From: Candidatus Woesearchaeota archaeon
Lineage (GTDB): Archaea > Nanobdellota > Nanobdellia > Woesearchaeales > JBJKQO01
Length of the DNA: 64,000 bases
Direction: 5' to 3'
Assembly (NCBI GenBank): GCA_046705145.1
Contig: JBJKQO010000049.1
Location: forward strand, 591 to 64,590
Part shown: in pieces, positions 19,900-31,300 of the stretch
How positions within the stretch are numbered: the first letter of the stretch is position 1
Layout of the letters: the number at the start of each line of letters is the position of its first letter
Notes under the pieces: generated by a model
The model's input: the letters and a program-made list of their open reading frames with translations, nothing else
Told to the model about the DNA's origin: nothing
The model's database searches: none
Translations under genes and position numbers: made by a program

Positions 19900-20993
19900 T
19901 TGTCGTGGATAATGGTCAATGACAGGAAAAAATTATACCGTGAACTGGAGAATACAATCGGAAGAACCCCTTTGTATGAAATTCGTAAGATAAGAATACC
20001 TAACGGCAATACGGTCTTTGCAAAACTAGAGCATATGAACCCTGGGGGAAGTCATTATGACCGGGTGTTTTTAGCGCTTTATCAATATTTTGAACAAGCA
20101 GGCAGGATTATCCCTGGACAGACCCCTTTGGTCGAGACAACTTCAGGGAGTGCAGGAGTCTCTTTTGCTCGTATTGGCAGGATCTTAGGATATGACTGCC
20201 TTGTTGTTTGTCCTGAAGACCTGCCCAGACCAAGGCTTGATGCTATAGCCAGAGAAGGGGCAGAATTAAGACTCACTCCTTCTAGCAGTTATGTGGATGG
20301 GGCGGCTAGAGAACTTGCTAAAATATTTAGAAAAGAAAATAAATCAAGAGCAGCCCAAGGAAAACAACCTTATTTCGGATTTAACCATACCCAGGGCAAG
20401 GCTGCAGAAATCTCTGCTGACTCGATGATACCTGTGATTGATGAGGCTGTAGCTCAGGCAAAAAACATTTATGGTATTGAATTTGATTTAGTAGTCGCTG
20501 TAGGCGGAAACGGAACAACCCTTCTAGGATTTGGGAGAGGAGCAAGAAACTATAACCTGCCTTTGGTTATGTGGGAACCCCTAAGTTCAGGATTATATTA
20601 TAGTAAGTTATTTGGTGAAGAAAAACTTCGTCAAGAATATGGGGATTTACCTAAATCAAAGAAAATAGTATTGGGGGGGTTTATGGAAAAACACCTTATC
20701 CCCTACCTAACATTGAAACCGCATTTGAAGAACAGTTAGTATCTGACGTAATGTTCGTGACTGATTCCCAAACAAGAGAAGCTGCTTTGGATAAAGCAGG
20801 AAATGATCTTCATAGGGTTAACATAGGAAGAATCCCTTTATGGGATCCTATTTTAGCTCAGCTAAACGAAATTGAAGATATGCCTGTAGGAAGGTCCTCT
20901 GCAGGTAACTTGGCCCTTATCTTAGATATATGCAAACGTATGGAAGGGCAAAACATTCTTACTTTTTTCTATGATTCCTTAAGCAGATATTGA
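19900..20993 (+). pseudogene. PLP-dependent enzyme of the cysteine synthase/Trp-synthase-beta fold, interrupted by a frameshift at a G7 homopolymer
   Basis: ORF 19900..20739 (KLEHMNPGGSHYDRV, TTSGSAGVSFA) and ORF 20751..20993 (VTDSQTREAALDKAG...VGRSSAGNLALILDICKR) are the N- and C-terminal parts of one fold-type II PLP enzyme. Inserting one G in the run at 20675..20681 restores a continuous frame (...VYGKTPYPLPNIETAFEEQLVSDVMFVTDSQTREAALDKAG...). The PLP-binding Lys of the SxKDR motif is replaced (GSHYDR). Codon usage is atypical. Confidence 0.5.
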
Positions 20994-21011
20994 ACTTTAA
21001 GAAAAAATCCC

Positions 21012-21311
21012 TTATGCGTTCTCAAGCTCCTTTACACGCTGCTCTATTATGTCGACGTAGAGGTCCTTGTCCATAATGTCCTGCAGGCGCTTCCAGAGCT
21101 CTATGTCGCAAAGGACGTCCTTTATCCACTGGGCGTAGTCATTTTTCCTGTTATCCACATTCACGTGATACATGAACACGTCATAGCTTTGGCCCTTTAT
21201 GTTGTTTATAAGCTCATAGATATTCCTGCATACAGCCCCATTGCACGTCCAAAAAGCCATGTGAGGGGGGCAGTCTGACAGCACCTTTTCCCTTAGCACC
21301 CTTAAATCCAT
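21012..21311 (-). CDS. hypothetical protein sharing a ~70-aa domain with the N-terminus of the divergently encoded neighbour
   Basis: NIYELINNIKGQSYDVFMYHVNVDNRKNDYAQWIKDVLCDIELWKRLQDIMDKDLYVDIIEQRVKELE aligns with NYRELASELKLLSDTEFSVHVSKGIDDFSDWISSNYGDGELLSRLKGVASKKKYAALIEKRIKELE from the 21388 gene. The start chosen is MDLRV at 21311; the track ORF begins at 21347. Confidence 0.35.
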   Translation of the reverse strand: MDLRVLREKVLSDCPPHMAFWTCNGAVCRNIYELINNIKGQSYDVFMYHVNVDNRKNDYAQWIKDVLCDIELWKRLQDIMDKDLYVDIIEQRVKELENA

Positions 21312-21387
21312 AATTTTATATAATCCCCCCCATAGATATATAATCATTTGGTATAACTAGCTAGTTGTACAGCTAAAAAGAGATAAA

Positions 21388-22323
21388 ATGGATCATCTTA
21401 AAAACGTGAGATATGACCGCGCGCTTAAGCTTGCAAACGGCAGGTTTGTCCATAACTACAGGGAGCTTGCATCCGAGCTTAAACTCCTTTCTGACACTGA
21501 GTTCTCGGTCCACGTATCTAAGGGGATAGATGATTTTTCTGACTGGATATCCTCAAATTACGGCGACGGAGAACTTCTCTCAAGACTAAAAGGGGTAGCA
21601 TCAAAAAAGAAGTACGCGGCACTCATAGAAAAAAGGATAAAAGAGCTTGAAAAAGACAGCAGCCCTAAGGAAACAGACAATCAAGAGAGGAGATACAGGG
21701 GCCCGAGCTACAGTTTTCTGTGGATGGTCCTCTCCTTCATACTTGTGATAGTGATAGTATTCTTAAGCACGAACCACTCAGTCAAGGAAGACGAATATTC
21801 TTCTCTTGTAGATTCCCTTAATGAGAAAGTTTCAGATCTTGAGACCCAAAGCGCAATAAAAGACAACAGGATAAGCATCCTTGAATCAGAAAACAAGAAG
21901 CTTTCTGATAATGTAAACATTCTCGAAGAAGAGAACAGCGCAATAGTCTCAAGAGCATCTATCCCAGGCCCAAAAGACAGGATTGCAGAAGACAAGATAA
22001 TGATAAAATCAAACAAGGTAGAGATATCTGTTGATTCCCCTTTGATCGCTAAATTCACAGATACAGGATCCATGCTTCCTTCCATCACCTCAACATCAAA
22101 CGCGATAGAGATAGTGCCTGATTCTCCCGCAGAAATATCTGTCGGAGACATCGTAAGCTACAAGACAGAAGAAGGGCTGGTTGTCATACACAGGGTTATT
22201 GAGACAGGCACGGACCAGGAAGGATGGTATGGGGTGATGCAGGGAGACAACAGGAACATACCGGACCAGGATAAAGTAAGGTTTTCCCAGGTAGAAAGGA
22301 TAGTTGTAGCGATAATCTACTGA
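21388..22323 (+). CDS. membrane-anchored protein with N-terminal cytoplasmic domain, coiled coil and C-terminal S26/S24-type (signal peptidase I-like) domain
   Basis: TM helix FLWMVLSFILVIVIVFLS, a heptad-rich segment (LNEKVSDLETQSAIKDNRISILESENKKLSDNVNILEEENSAIV) and a C-terminal peptidase-like region carrying GSMLPSI (catalytic Ser context), GDIVSYK...GLVVIHRVIE and GDNRNIPD. Confidence 0.5.
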   Translation: MDHLKNVRYDRALKLANGRFVHNYRELASELKLLSDTEFSVHVSKGIDDFSDWISSNYGDGELLSRLKGVASKKKYAALIEKRIKELEKDSSPKETDNQERRYRGPSYSFLWMVLSFILVIVIVFLSTNHSVKEDEYSSLVDSLNEKVSDLETQSAIKDNRISILESENKKLSDNVNILEEENSAIVSRASIPGPKDRIAEDKIMIKSNKVEISVDSPLIAKFTDTGSMLPSITSTSNAIEIVPDSPAEISVGDIVSYKTEEGLVVIHRVIETGTDQEGWYGVMQGDNRNIPDQDKVRFSQVERIVVAIIY

Positions 22324-22328
22324 CCTGC

Positions 22329-25300
22329 CTATCTAGACCTAATAAGTTTCTCAAGTATTAACTTAAGCTCAGGATTGAAATTCTGACCTTCATCAACCAT
22401 CACCATTATATCTTTAAGTGAATAGAAACTTACATCGGCTGGGAATCTCACCCCTGCTTCCTGCCTTTCAGTTATTATTGCCTTATAAGCTATCAGTACC
22501 TTATCCGGGCCGTCTTTTGATGAATAGATATCCTTGCTGAAGAAGAAAAGCATAGGGCTTATACCAATTGACTTCTTGATCTTCCTTAGCGCTGTTTCCT
22601 TAGGGCTTTCTCCTGGTCTTACTTTCTCTCTAAATGCAGTGATAGCAGGCCCATCTTCTTCTGATGAGAGAGTCTTTTGCAGCGCAAGCTCCCCTTTGCT
22701 GTTAAAGAGCAGCACATATGTTATTTCAGGAATGCTGTGCCCTTCATGGATCTGGCCTGAATAGATGCTAAAAGGCGCAGGACCATTTGCATCATCATCA
22801 GTAGGCTTGCTTAACTCTTTTGCTATCCTTTTTTCCCTGGACTGCCTCATCTTGATCTCATCATAATCAATCTCTGCTTTTTTTTGGGACATCTCTTTTT
22901 TTGCTGGAGGGGTAGGTGTAGGTGGCACATATCTATATTTTGGTGGAATATCCCCTTCAGGTTTTTCTTCTTTTACTTTAGGCAAAGCAGTATCCTGATC
23001 CTTAGGTGGCTTCTTTTCTTCTTTTGTCTTTCGGTAAAAAAGGATCAACGCCATGACTATCATCAAAAGAATGATCCAGACATACCAGAAACCAAGGAAT
23101 GACTTTCCATACTCGCCTAATCCTCCCTCTTTTTCTTCTGGTAATGGGATCTCATCGTTAGACCTATCTTTTTGGGTCTCTTCCACAGAAGTACCCTCTT
23201 CTGGCTTTTCTTCACTGATATTACCACCTCCCTTAACGATCTCGCATTCTCCGCAGTCCTCCGGGCAGCTTGAGCATGTCTCGCCATACATGCCAAGGCA
23301 GATACCATCTCCGCACCTTATAGGTATGGATCCTGCCCCACCTGAAGGGCTTGAAGCTATAGTTGTAACAGGAGCGCTCGCAGGAGTTGCAGGAGTGCCC
23401 CTCATCGCAGAATGCCTTAGGTTGCTTACCTTTATCCTTGTCCCGAGGTCCTCGCAGACAAGCCCGTTCTTGTGGACTATACTTGAGTTTCCAAGGCATG
23501 ATGAGAAGTCAGTCTCGTTTGGTCCGGTACATGATGAGGTCATGTTAGATATCCTTATTATCGGAGCGTCCTTCACGCAAAGCGCCACAAAATTATTGTC
23601 TTTTATGTAAAGGCTCTTGTTTGTGCTGAGCTGGCCGCTCATGTTGACTATCAGATAGTTTGCCGAGAGGTTTATCGTTATGTTTGCGAGATCAAGCTTT
23701 GATGCGCTGAAATTATGCGTGAAGTTCATTATGGTATCTGTCGAGTTATAGAACACGACCTGCCGCCTTCCGTCATAAGAGCTAAGGTCTGATGAGCCGT
23801 CTACCCTTATGTTCAGGCCGCTTGCTCCTTCACCACTCACATTCTCAAGGTTCCAGTTAAGGTTATCTTCATTGTCATACACGCCGTCTCCATCAGTGTC
23901 AGTGACATATGACTGGTCAGGATATATCCTGAAATCATAATCCCTCGTGACATTGACGTTTCCTGCATCATCATAGATGTAGAACCTGAAAGAATGGTTC
24001 CCTGAAGTTGCGTTTTTTACAGCCCTAATACTGGCTCTTGACGAGGACAGGTTTACGAAAGAATCGTTTGACCATGACCCGCTCATGTTTGTCGAGAATA
24101 TATAACCTTTCAGCTTATAGTTGTCAAACATGTTCAGCACGACGCTGAAGTTCTCATTGTTGAAAACAGGAGTCTTGTTTTTTATCCCTGAATAATAAGG
24201 CAGGATGTTATCTATCCTGACATATGCAGTTTCAGAGCTCCTGACATTGTTTGAAGGGGTGGCGTTATCAAGCACGTGCAGCGTAACATTCTTGATTCCA
24301 GTCTCATTATCTATGACGACACTTATGTTCCACTGGCTCCAGCTTCCCGTGACCTTGCTTCCGAGGACAAGCCACATAGTGGTGTTTCCCTGCGTGTTGT
24401 TAAGATGCGCAAGCTCTATAAGGGTGTGGTTGAGCCCTGCTCCTGAATCCTGCGAGTCCTTGGCTTCAAGGGTTATCATGACAGGCTGGCTGTTTCTTGC
24501 AGAGGTCTGGTTCTCAGGATATATCACCCGAAGATCTCTTGCATAAGGCATAGACTTGTCTATCGTATAGTTCATGATCCTGGAAGCATTGTTTAGCGAA
24601 GCATCAAATGCAGTCGCCCTGATAGTATATCCTGCTCCGTCAGAAAGCGAGGATACATCCCAGCTGCAGTCATAAGGAGAGGAAGTAGTGTTGCATATCT
24701 GCGTGAACCCTACACTTGAGTTCTTATACTCAAAGAGGACATGACTGATGCCTCCTGAATCATCAGAAGGAACTGTCCGAAGAGTAACGTTTCCGTTAAC
24801 GTATGAGTTATTTCTAGGGGAATAAAACTCAAGCGTAGGAGAGGTCATATCCCTCACAGCAAGGGGCAGATGATCATAATAATCTGTTCCCCCAAAGCGG
24901 CCCACAAGATAAGGATCGTTGCATATCCTGTCTCCGTTCGCATCCTTGCACGTGTCAGAATATCCTGTTGCAGTAGGGTTTGTCCAGTAGTTTCCGCCGA
25001 TATAGCTTTGGCCCATTATGTTTATCCCTGAAGAATAGCTTGTGTTAAACCGGGATATCGCATCAAGATACACGTTATAGGAATTGTTGAGAAGGTTATC
25101 ATATACCTTTACAGTTCCGGAGCTGCCCTGATAATCATCTATGTATATCCCTACTTCAGCGCTGTCCTTGACAGTCGAATTTCTCAGGATGATATCTCCA
25201 GAAGTGACTGAAGCAAAGCCATAGACATCTGAGCATAGACTGCTTGAGGCTACGGCACTGCGCTTGGAATCGATATAATACGCGCCTATAAGGTTGTTAT

Positions 25301-28300
25301 CGCTTCTTGCTCTTGTCAGATTTGTGCTGTTTGAATACTCGACCCAGAACCCGACAAAACAAGACGTGAGATTTGAGTCTGTTATCTTGATGTCCTTTGA
25401 TCTGCTGGCGTGGATCCCTGATGCTTCATATTCATAATAGCCTCCTCCCCCAAAATCCCTGATGCTAAGCTTATCTGCAAAGATGTAAGATGAGTCTCTC
25501 ACAAAGAGGCCTGAAACAAGCCCTCCTGTAAAGTTTGATCCTGTCACGTTTGACCTGGATTCTGAACCCAGCTGAAGCGAGGTCCTTTCGCTCGTTATCC
25601 TAAGCCCATGATACGAGTTCATGCGGCCGCCATAGCTTTGCACTCCTGTGTTGCTGCCGTTTACTGTCACATTTACCAGGCGGCTTGAGTTTGCGCTGCT
25701 CATATACACACCATTTTCGTTGAAATTGTAGATAGAGCAGTTCCTTATCGTTATGTTCCTTATCCCTGAATCGCTTTTCTGGACCTTGATGCCTATGTCG
25801 GGCAGGCTGCCAGAAGCGATGATATACTTCCCATCACAATCGATATCCACATCATCTGCAGACACGGTTATACAGGTGCCATCTTCTGATGTTGTGATAT
25901 TCCCTTCAAGAGAATATGATCCTTTTTGTGTCACTTCCTCACAGCCTGTAATCCTTCCTGTCGATGCTGCTGTATAGTTGATCATTATCGTGCGGTTCTC
26001 CCCCCAGCCTGCATGATAATATATATCATTTGAAAGGCAGTTCCAGGTATAGTTCCCCTTGTATAATGAGATCTGCCACGAGCTTGAGTTTGAGACATTG
26101 CTTATGTTTGTTGTCTGGTTAAGCTTTAGGCTCAGGTTACGGCGGTCCGTGATAAACAGGCTTATGTTTGTCAGGGTGTCAGGATCTGCAGCAGAACAGT
26201 TAAACGTGATTGTGGGAGGGACAGACGTATCATTATAATAGCCCTGTCTTGGCAGGTTCAGGCTTACAGAAGGCGAGCTTGTCAGCACAAGCACAGACCT
26301 TGTCTCAGTGCTGTTGCAGTTTCCAGACCCGTCGCACGCTGTAGCGTTGATATAATACCTTCCTAGCGGAAGCGAGCTGTAGTTCACAAAATAAGGTGAT
26401 GAAACTGAAGACTCCCTCGCATACGTTCCAGTCGAGTTATACATGAATATCGTTATGTTTGTCAGGTTATGATCTGATGCAGTCACATTTATGCTTATCC
26501 AGTACTGCGTCCTGTTCCCCTCGCCGGTAGTATGGCTTGAGAAATTTATGGCAGGATAAATCGTGTCATTGACTGTTATAGCGGATGATGAGGACCTGAA
26601 GTTACCTGCCAGGTCTAAGGCAAGCAAAGATATGTTATACCTTCCTTTCACAGAAATGTTTTCCGGGCTGAGATTGATGCTTCCCAGAGCTGAAGAGGCG
26701 CTGAAAAGCACAGCCCCTCCAGGATAGGTTATGTTAAACGTCACAGCACCCAGGTTCGCGTCACTTGCTGACCAGTTTACCATGACAGAATCATAACCAT
26801 ATTCTGCATCAGAATCATTTATAGTGATAGCAGCTGAAGGTGATGAATCATCGACAGTGAAGCTATAGGGAGGGGTCTGGTTGCGGTTTCCTGTAGTGTC
26901 ATTAAAGAACCACATATAGCTTATCGTCGATGCAGTGATCCTTTTTGAAGCAGAGATCACAGTCCCGTTTTGGTAGGTCTGCGCAGTATCATTTTCCCAT
27001 GATGACCCGTTATAGAAGGAAAAGATATACAGGTCAGGATTTTTCTCGATTATGGTCAGGTTAAAATACACATAATCTCCGACAACAGTGGAAGCGCTCA
27101 TATTCGTCGCATTAGACTCCCATCTTGGATAGACCGCGTCAAGGATAAGGGTCCGGATACTTGTGCGATTGTAATTTTTAGAGGTATCATTGACGCTTGC
27201 ATTGATATAATACGTATCATCTTTCAGGCTTGTAAAGTTTATCGTAAGAGGGAATGATGAGGATGTCGTCGTGTTGACAAGCTCATTGCTTGAGTTAAAA
27301 ATGCTTATCCTTATCAGGTCAGTATTTGTCTCTGTCCCGCTTGCGTTCACAAATATGTAATCTTGGGATCTTGCCTCAAAGTTTGATGTCTTTTCGCCGA
27401 ATTCTATCTTGGGGATAGTGTCGTCCAAAAGGACATACCTTACCTGCGACCTGTTGCACTTGTACTCATCGCATGCTGAAGCATTGTAGTGATACAGGCC
27501 ATCAGCAAGAGAGGTGAAATTGATCGTATTTGGGGAAAATGCCGTAATCGACTGGTTGATCAACGAGGATCCAAAGTAAAGATACACGTTTGCAGACCTA
27601 AGGTTATGATCTGATGTTGAAACATTAACAAAGATAAAATCGCCTGATATGTTCCCGGATACTGAGCCAGTCATCGTCAAGGTAGGATAAAGCGTATCGT
27701 TTACGGTAAAAGCGAAATACGTCGAGTTTGAGTTACCGGCATTATCTTCCGCATAGACAGATATAGTGTAGTTCCCGACATTTGAGAAATTTGCAGGAGA
27801 CAACACGACACTGCCAGACACAAGCTGTGATGAGAACACAGAAGGCCCGAACTCTGAAGTGATGTTTACCATCCTGCTCCTCAGGTTTGAATCGTTTGCT
27901 GTCCAGTTGACATATATCCCTTCAGCCTTGTATTCGATAAGAGAATCATTGGCGTATAGCCTTGCTACAGGGTTTGTGGTGTCAAGATAGATGGCTCTTG
28001 ACAAGGTCTTGTTGAAATGTCCAGCAGAATCATTTATCGAAGCGTTTACAGTGTACAATCCATCAGCAAGGGACGTGAAATTCGAAGCGAATGAAGACAC
28101 AGACCTTTGTGTCGTAAATGCGGAACCTGCAAGAGACCCTGAAGAATCATACAGCTTTATGGTGGTGTTCCTGTTGTTTGATTCAGAAAGGTTCAAAAGC
28201 ACGTATATGTAATCCTGCGAGATGTTTCCTGCAGTTGATGTCAGGGCAGCATATCCTATCTTTGGCAGGACAAGATCGACAGTAATATTTGACGATATCA

Positions 28301-31300
28301 AAGCGACGTTTGATGCATTATCCCTGCAGTATACAGTAAAGTTGTATGTCTGGGACTGGAACGATGAAAAAGTCACGTTGCAAGGTGATGAATTTCCGCA
28401 AGTTAGGGTCCTTGTGGCAGCGCCAACAGATATGTTGCATCCCATCCAGGCAGACACGTTGTCTTTTGCAGTCCAGTTAAACACGACTGAAGATGACGAG
28501 AGGTAAGCTCCTGCTTCTGGATCGTTAAGCGTCATCTTAGGAGCGTTTGCATCGACATAGAACCTTGCGCTTTCAGTCCTGTTGTTTTTTGCAGTATCCT
28601 CAGCAAAAACAGTTATGTTATATATCCCATCAGGCAGGACGCTTACCCCTACTATGTCCTGCCAGGCATGCCTTGATGTGCTAGTCGCATATATGGAAGA
28701 GTTATGCTGTACCCTATCTCCTGAAGAGTTTGTTATGTTATAATAGGTGTAGTTAAGCGATGCATCCTGCGCTACCATATCCATCGTGAAATTTGAGCTG
28801 TAGAACAATTCCTTCTTTGGAGGGGTTATCAGCTGGATCACAGGCTTAACATTATCCAGATAAAACGACACGTTATCATTTGCCATGTTTCCCAAGGTGT
28901 CATTAGCATACACAACCAAGGTCACGTTCCACATGACATCATTGTGAGCTGTAGTGTCCCATGCGCTGTCCCAGGAACCTGTATAGTTAAGCTTTCCCTG
29001 GAAAAGCACCTGTGTCCTGTTTGAGGTGTTAAGTATATAGTACCATGAATCATCAACTGAAAGCAGGCTGTCTGAAACAGTTGTCCTTATATACACAAGA
29101 TATCCTGTGCTTTGGTTTTCAGTAGGCGTGTCAAAAGATATGAGGGGCGCACTCGTGTCAACTGTCAGCCTTCTTGGCGTAGTCGTATTGGAGTTGCCTG
29201 CAGCATCCACGCATCTTATGTACCACATATTACGCCTTTGCGCAATACCTGAAACATTGAGTGTAATAGTAGACCCAGATCTTGAAGATGAATTTGTTGA
29301 TCTAGGAAGATAGCTGACAGACCCTTCCTGATCTATATAGACTGAACAGTTGTTTGTCGAGTTATCAGTTATAGAGAAAGTAAAATTGACAGATGAGGAA
29401 GTAGCATTAAAGAGGTCTGCAGGCGAAACTATGCTTATAGCAGGAGAGCTTGTATCAAGCGTGATGATCCTTGTGGTCACGGACTCAGCATTATCGCTTG
29501 TATCAAAAGCAGTAGCATTTATGCGATAGGTTCCTGCAGGAAGATCGTTAAACTGGACATAATACTTTTTCTGGGTTGTTGAAGTATGGTTCTTCAAGCC
29601 CGATGCGTTGTATAAGTAGATAGTTATGTTATCAAAATTATTATCATCTGCTGTAACGTTTACGCGGATATATGACTGGCTGAGGTTTCCTGATGAAGTG
29701 GTCTTTTGGCCGTAGTTTATTGTAGGAGGATTGATATCAGTTATTGTTACGTTCCACCTGGTTGTCTGGTTTGTTATGTTCTCTCCTGCATCAACAGTTG
29801 CGTATGCATAGAACTCATACACACCTCCGACAGAACCTGTAGCATTCACAAAGAAGGTTACAATAGTTGAATTGCTCTTGTTCAGGCTTACAATATAAGG
29901 GTTTGCAGACTTATTCGTAAAGAATGGTGTTGCTCCAACAGTAGTTGAGACAAGGCCTCCTTTAGAGCTTACAGCGCTGCAAGGGCTGGAGTTAAGAAGC
30001 TGGGCAAACCCGTTGCCGATGCTTACAGCGCAACCATGCTCCCAATCACAACCCATATATGAATCATCATCAGTGATCGCGATCCCCCCAGAGCCATGGC
30101 AGATGTAATCAAGCTCATAAGGCGTGCGGAGGCATGGGAAACTTGTGTTATAATGCATTTCTGTAAGGCCATAATCGGTCTTAAGCTGGTTAAGATAAGA
30201 CCTTTTGATTATCAATACTTTCCCTGCTGCAAATGCACCTGAGACAGCACTATAGTTATAGCCTGAAGGATAATTCACGCTACCAGAGAGTATAAGGATA
30301 TTGTTTTTCCAAAACCCATTTGAAGACACGGGCGTCGTATAACTGTAGCCTGATGCAGAGGTATTAAGCGTTGCTCCTATGCTTGTTGCGACCTGCTGTC
30401 CGACTGCCTTTGCTCCGTTGTTATAATCTCCTGAATCTCCAGTCTCCCAGACCGCTATCTTATAGTTCGAATATGGATCAAGCGATACAGATACATTTCC
30501 GCAATCCTCATACATGCATGTGACATTCACAGTAACATTAAACCATCTTTTCTGTGGCGCGTCAATATTTGTCTGAGGATAAACTCTTGTTATCCTGATA
30601 GTGGGTTCTGTCAGGTTTATCATCCTTGATGAAAGCGTAGCATTATTTCCTGATGTGTCATTTGCTGTCGCATTGATGTAATACACGCCTGCTTTCAGAT
30701 CATTGTACCTAAGATATGCTCCGCTTGTGTGGGTAGTCATATTGACAAGACCAGTTGAATTGTATAGGTACACCCTTACCTTGTCAAGATACGCATCGCT
30801 TGCAGTGATGTTTGCTATGACATAGGTCTGCATAGGCCTCTTTCCTGCTGAAGTTGTCGTCTCACCAAAACTTATGGCTGGGTCGGTCATATCCTTGATA
30901 GTAACGTTCCAATGGGAGGTTATGTTCCCGACAGACATATGCCCAGTAATGTTAGAATATGCGTAAAACTCGTAAGAGTGGTCCAAAGGACCTGTTGCGT
31001 TGACAAAGAAAGTGATGATCCCGCTTTGCCCCGAAGACAAGGTGAGATTGTGTGGGTTTGCCGACTTATTCGTGTAAAATGGTGTTGTGCCTGCTATAGT
31101 CCTGATCAGCCCGCCCTTTACGCTTACTGCGCTGCACGGGCTTGTGTTAAGAAGCTGGGCAAAAGCGTTGCCTACGCTTGCAGCGCATCCGTGTTCCCAG
31201 TCGCAGCCCATATAGTTTGAGTCATCAGTAATTGCCATCCCTCCTGAATTATCACAGATGTAATCAAGCTCGTAAGGGTTTCTTAAGCAGTTAAAAGTTG

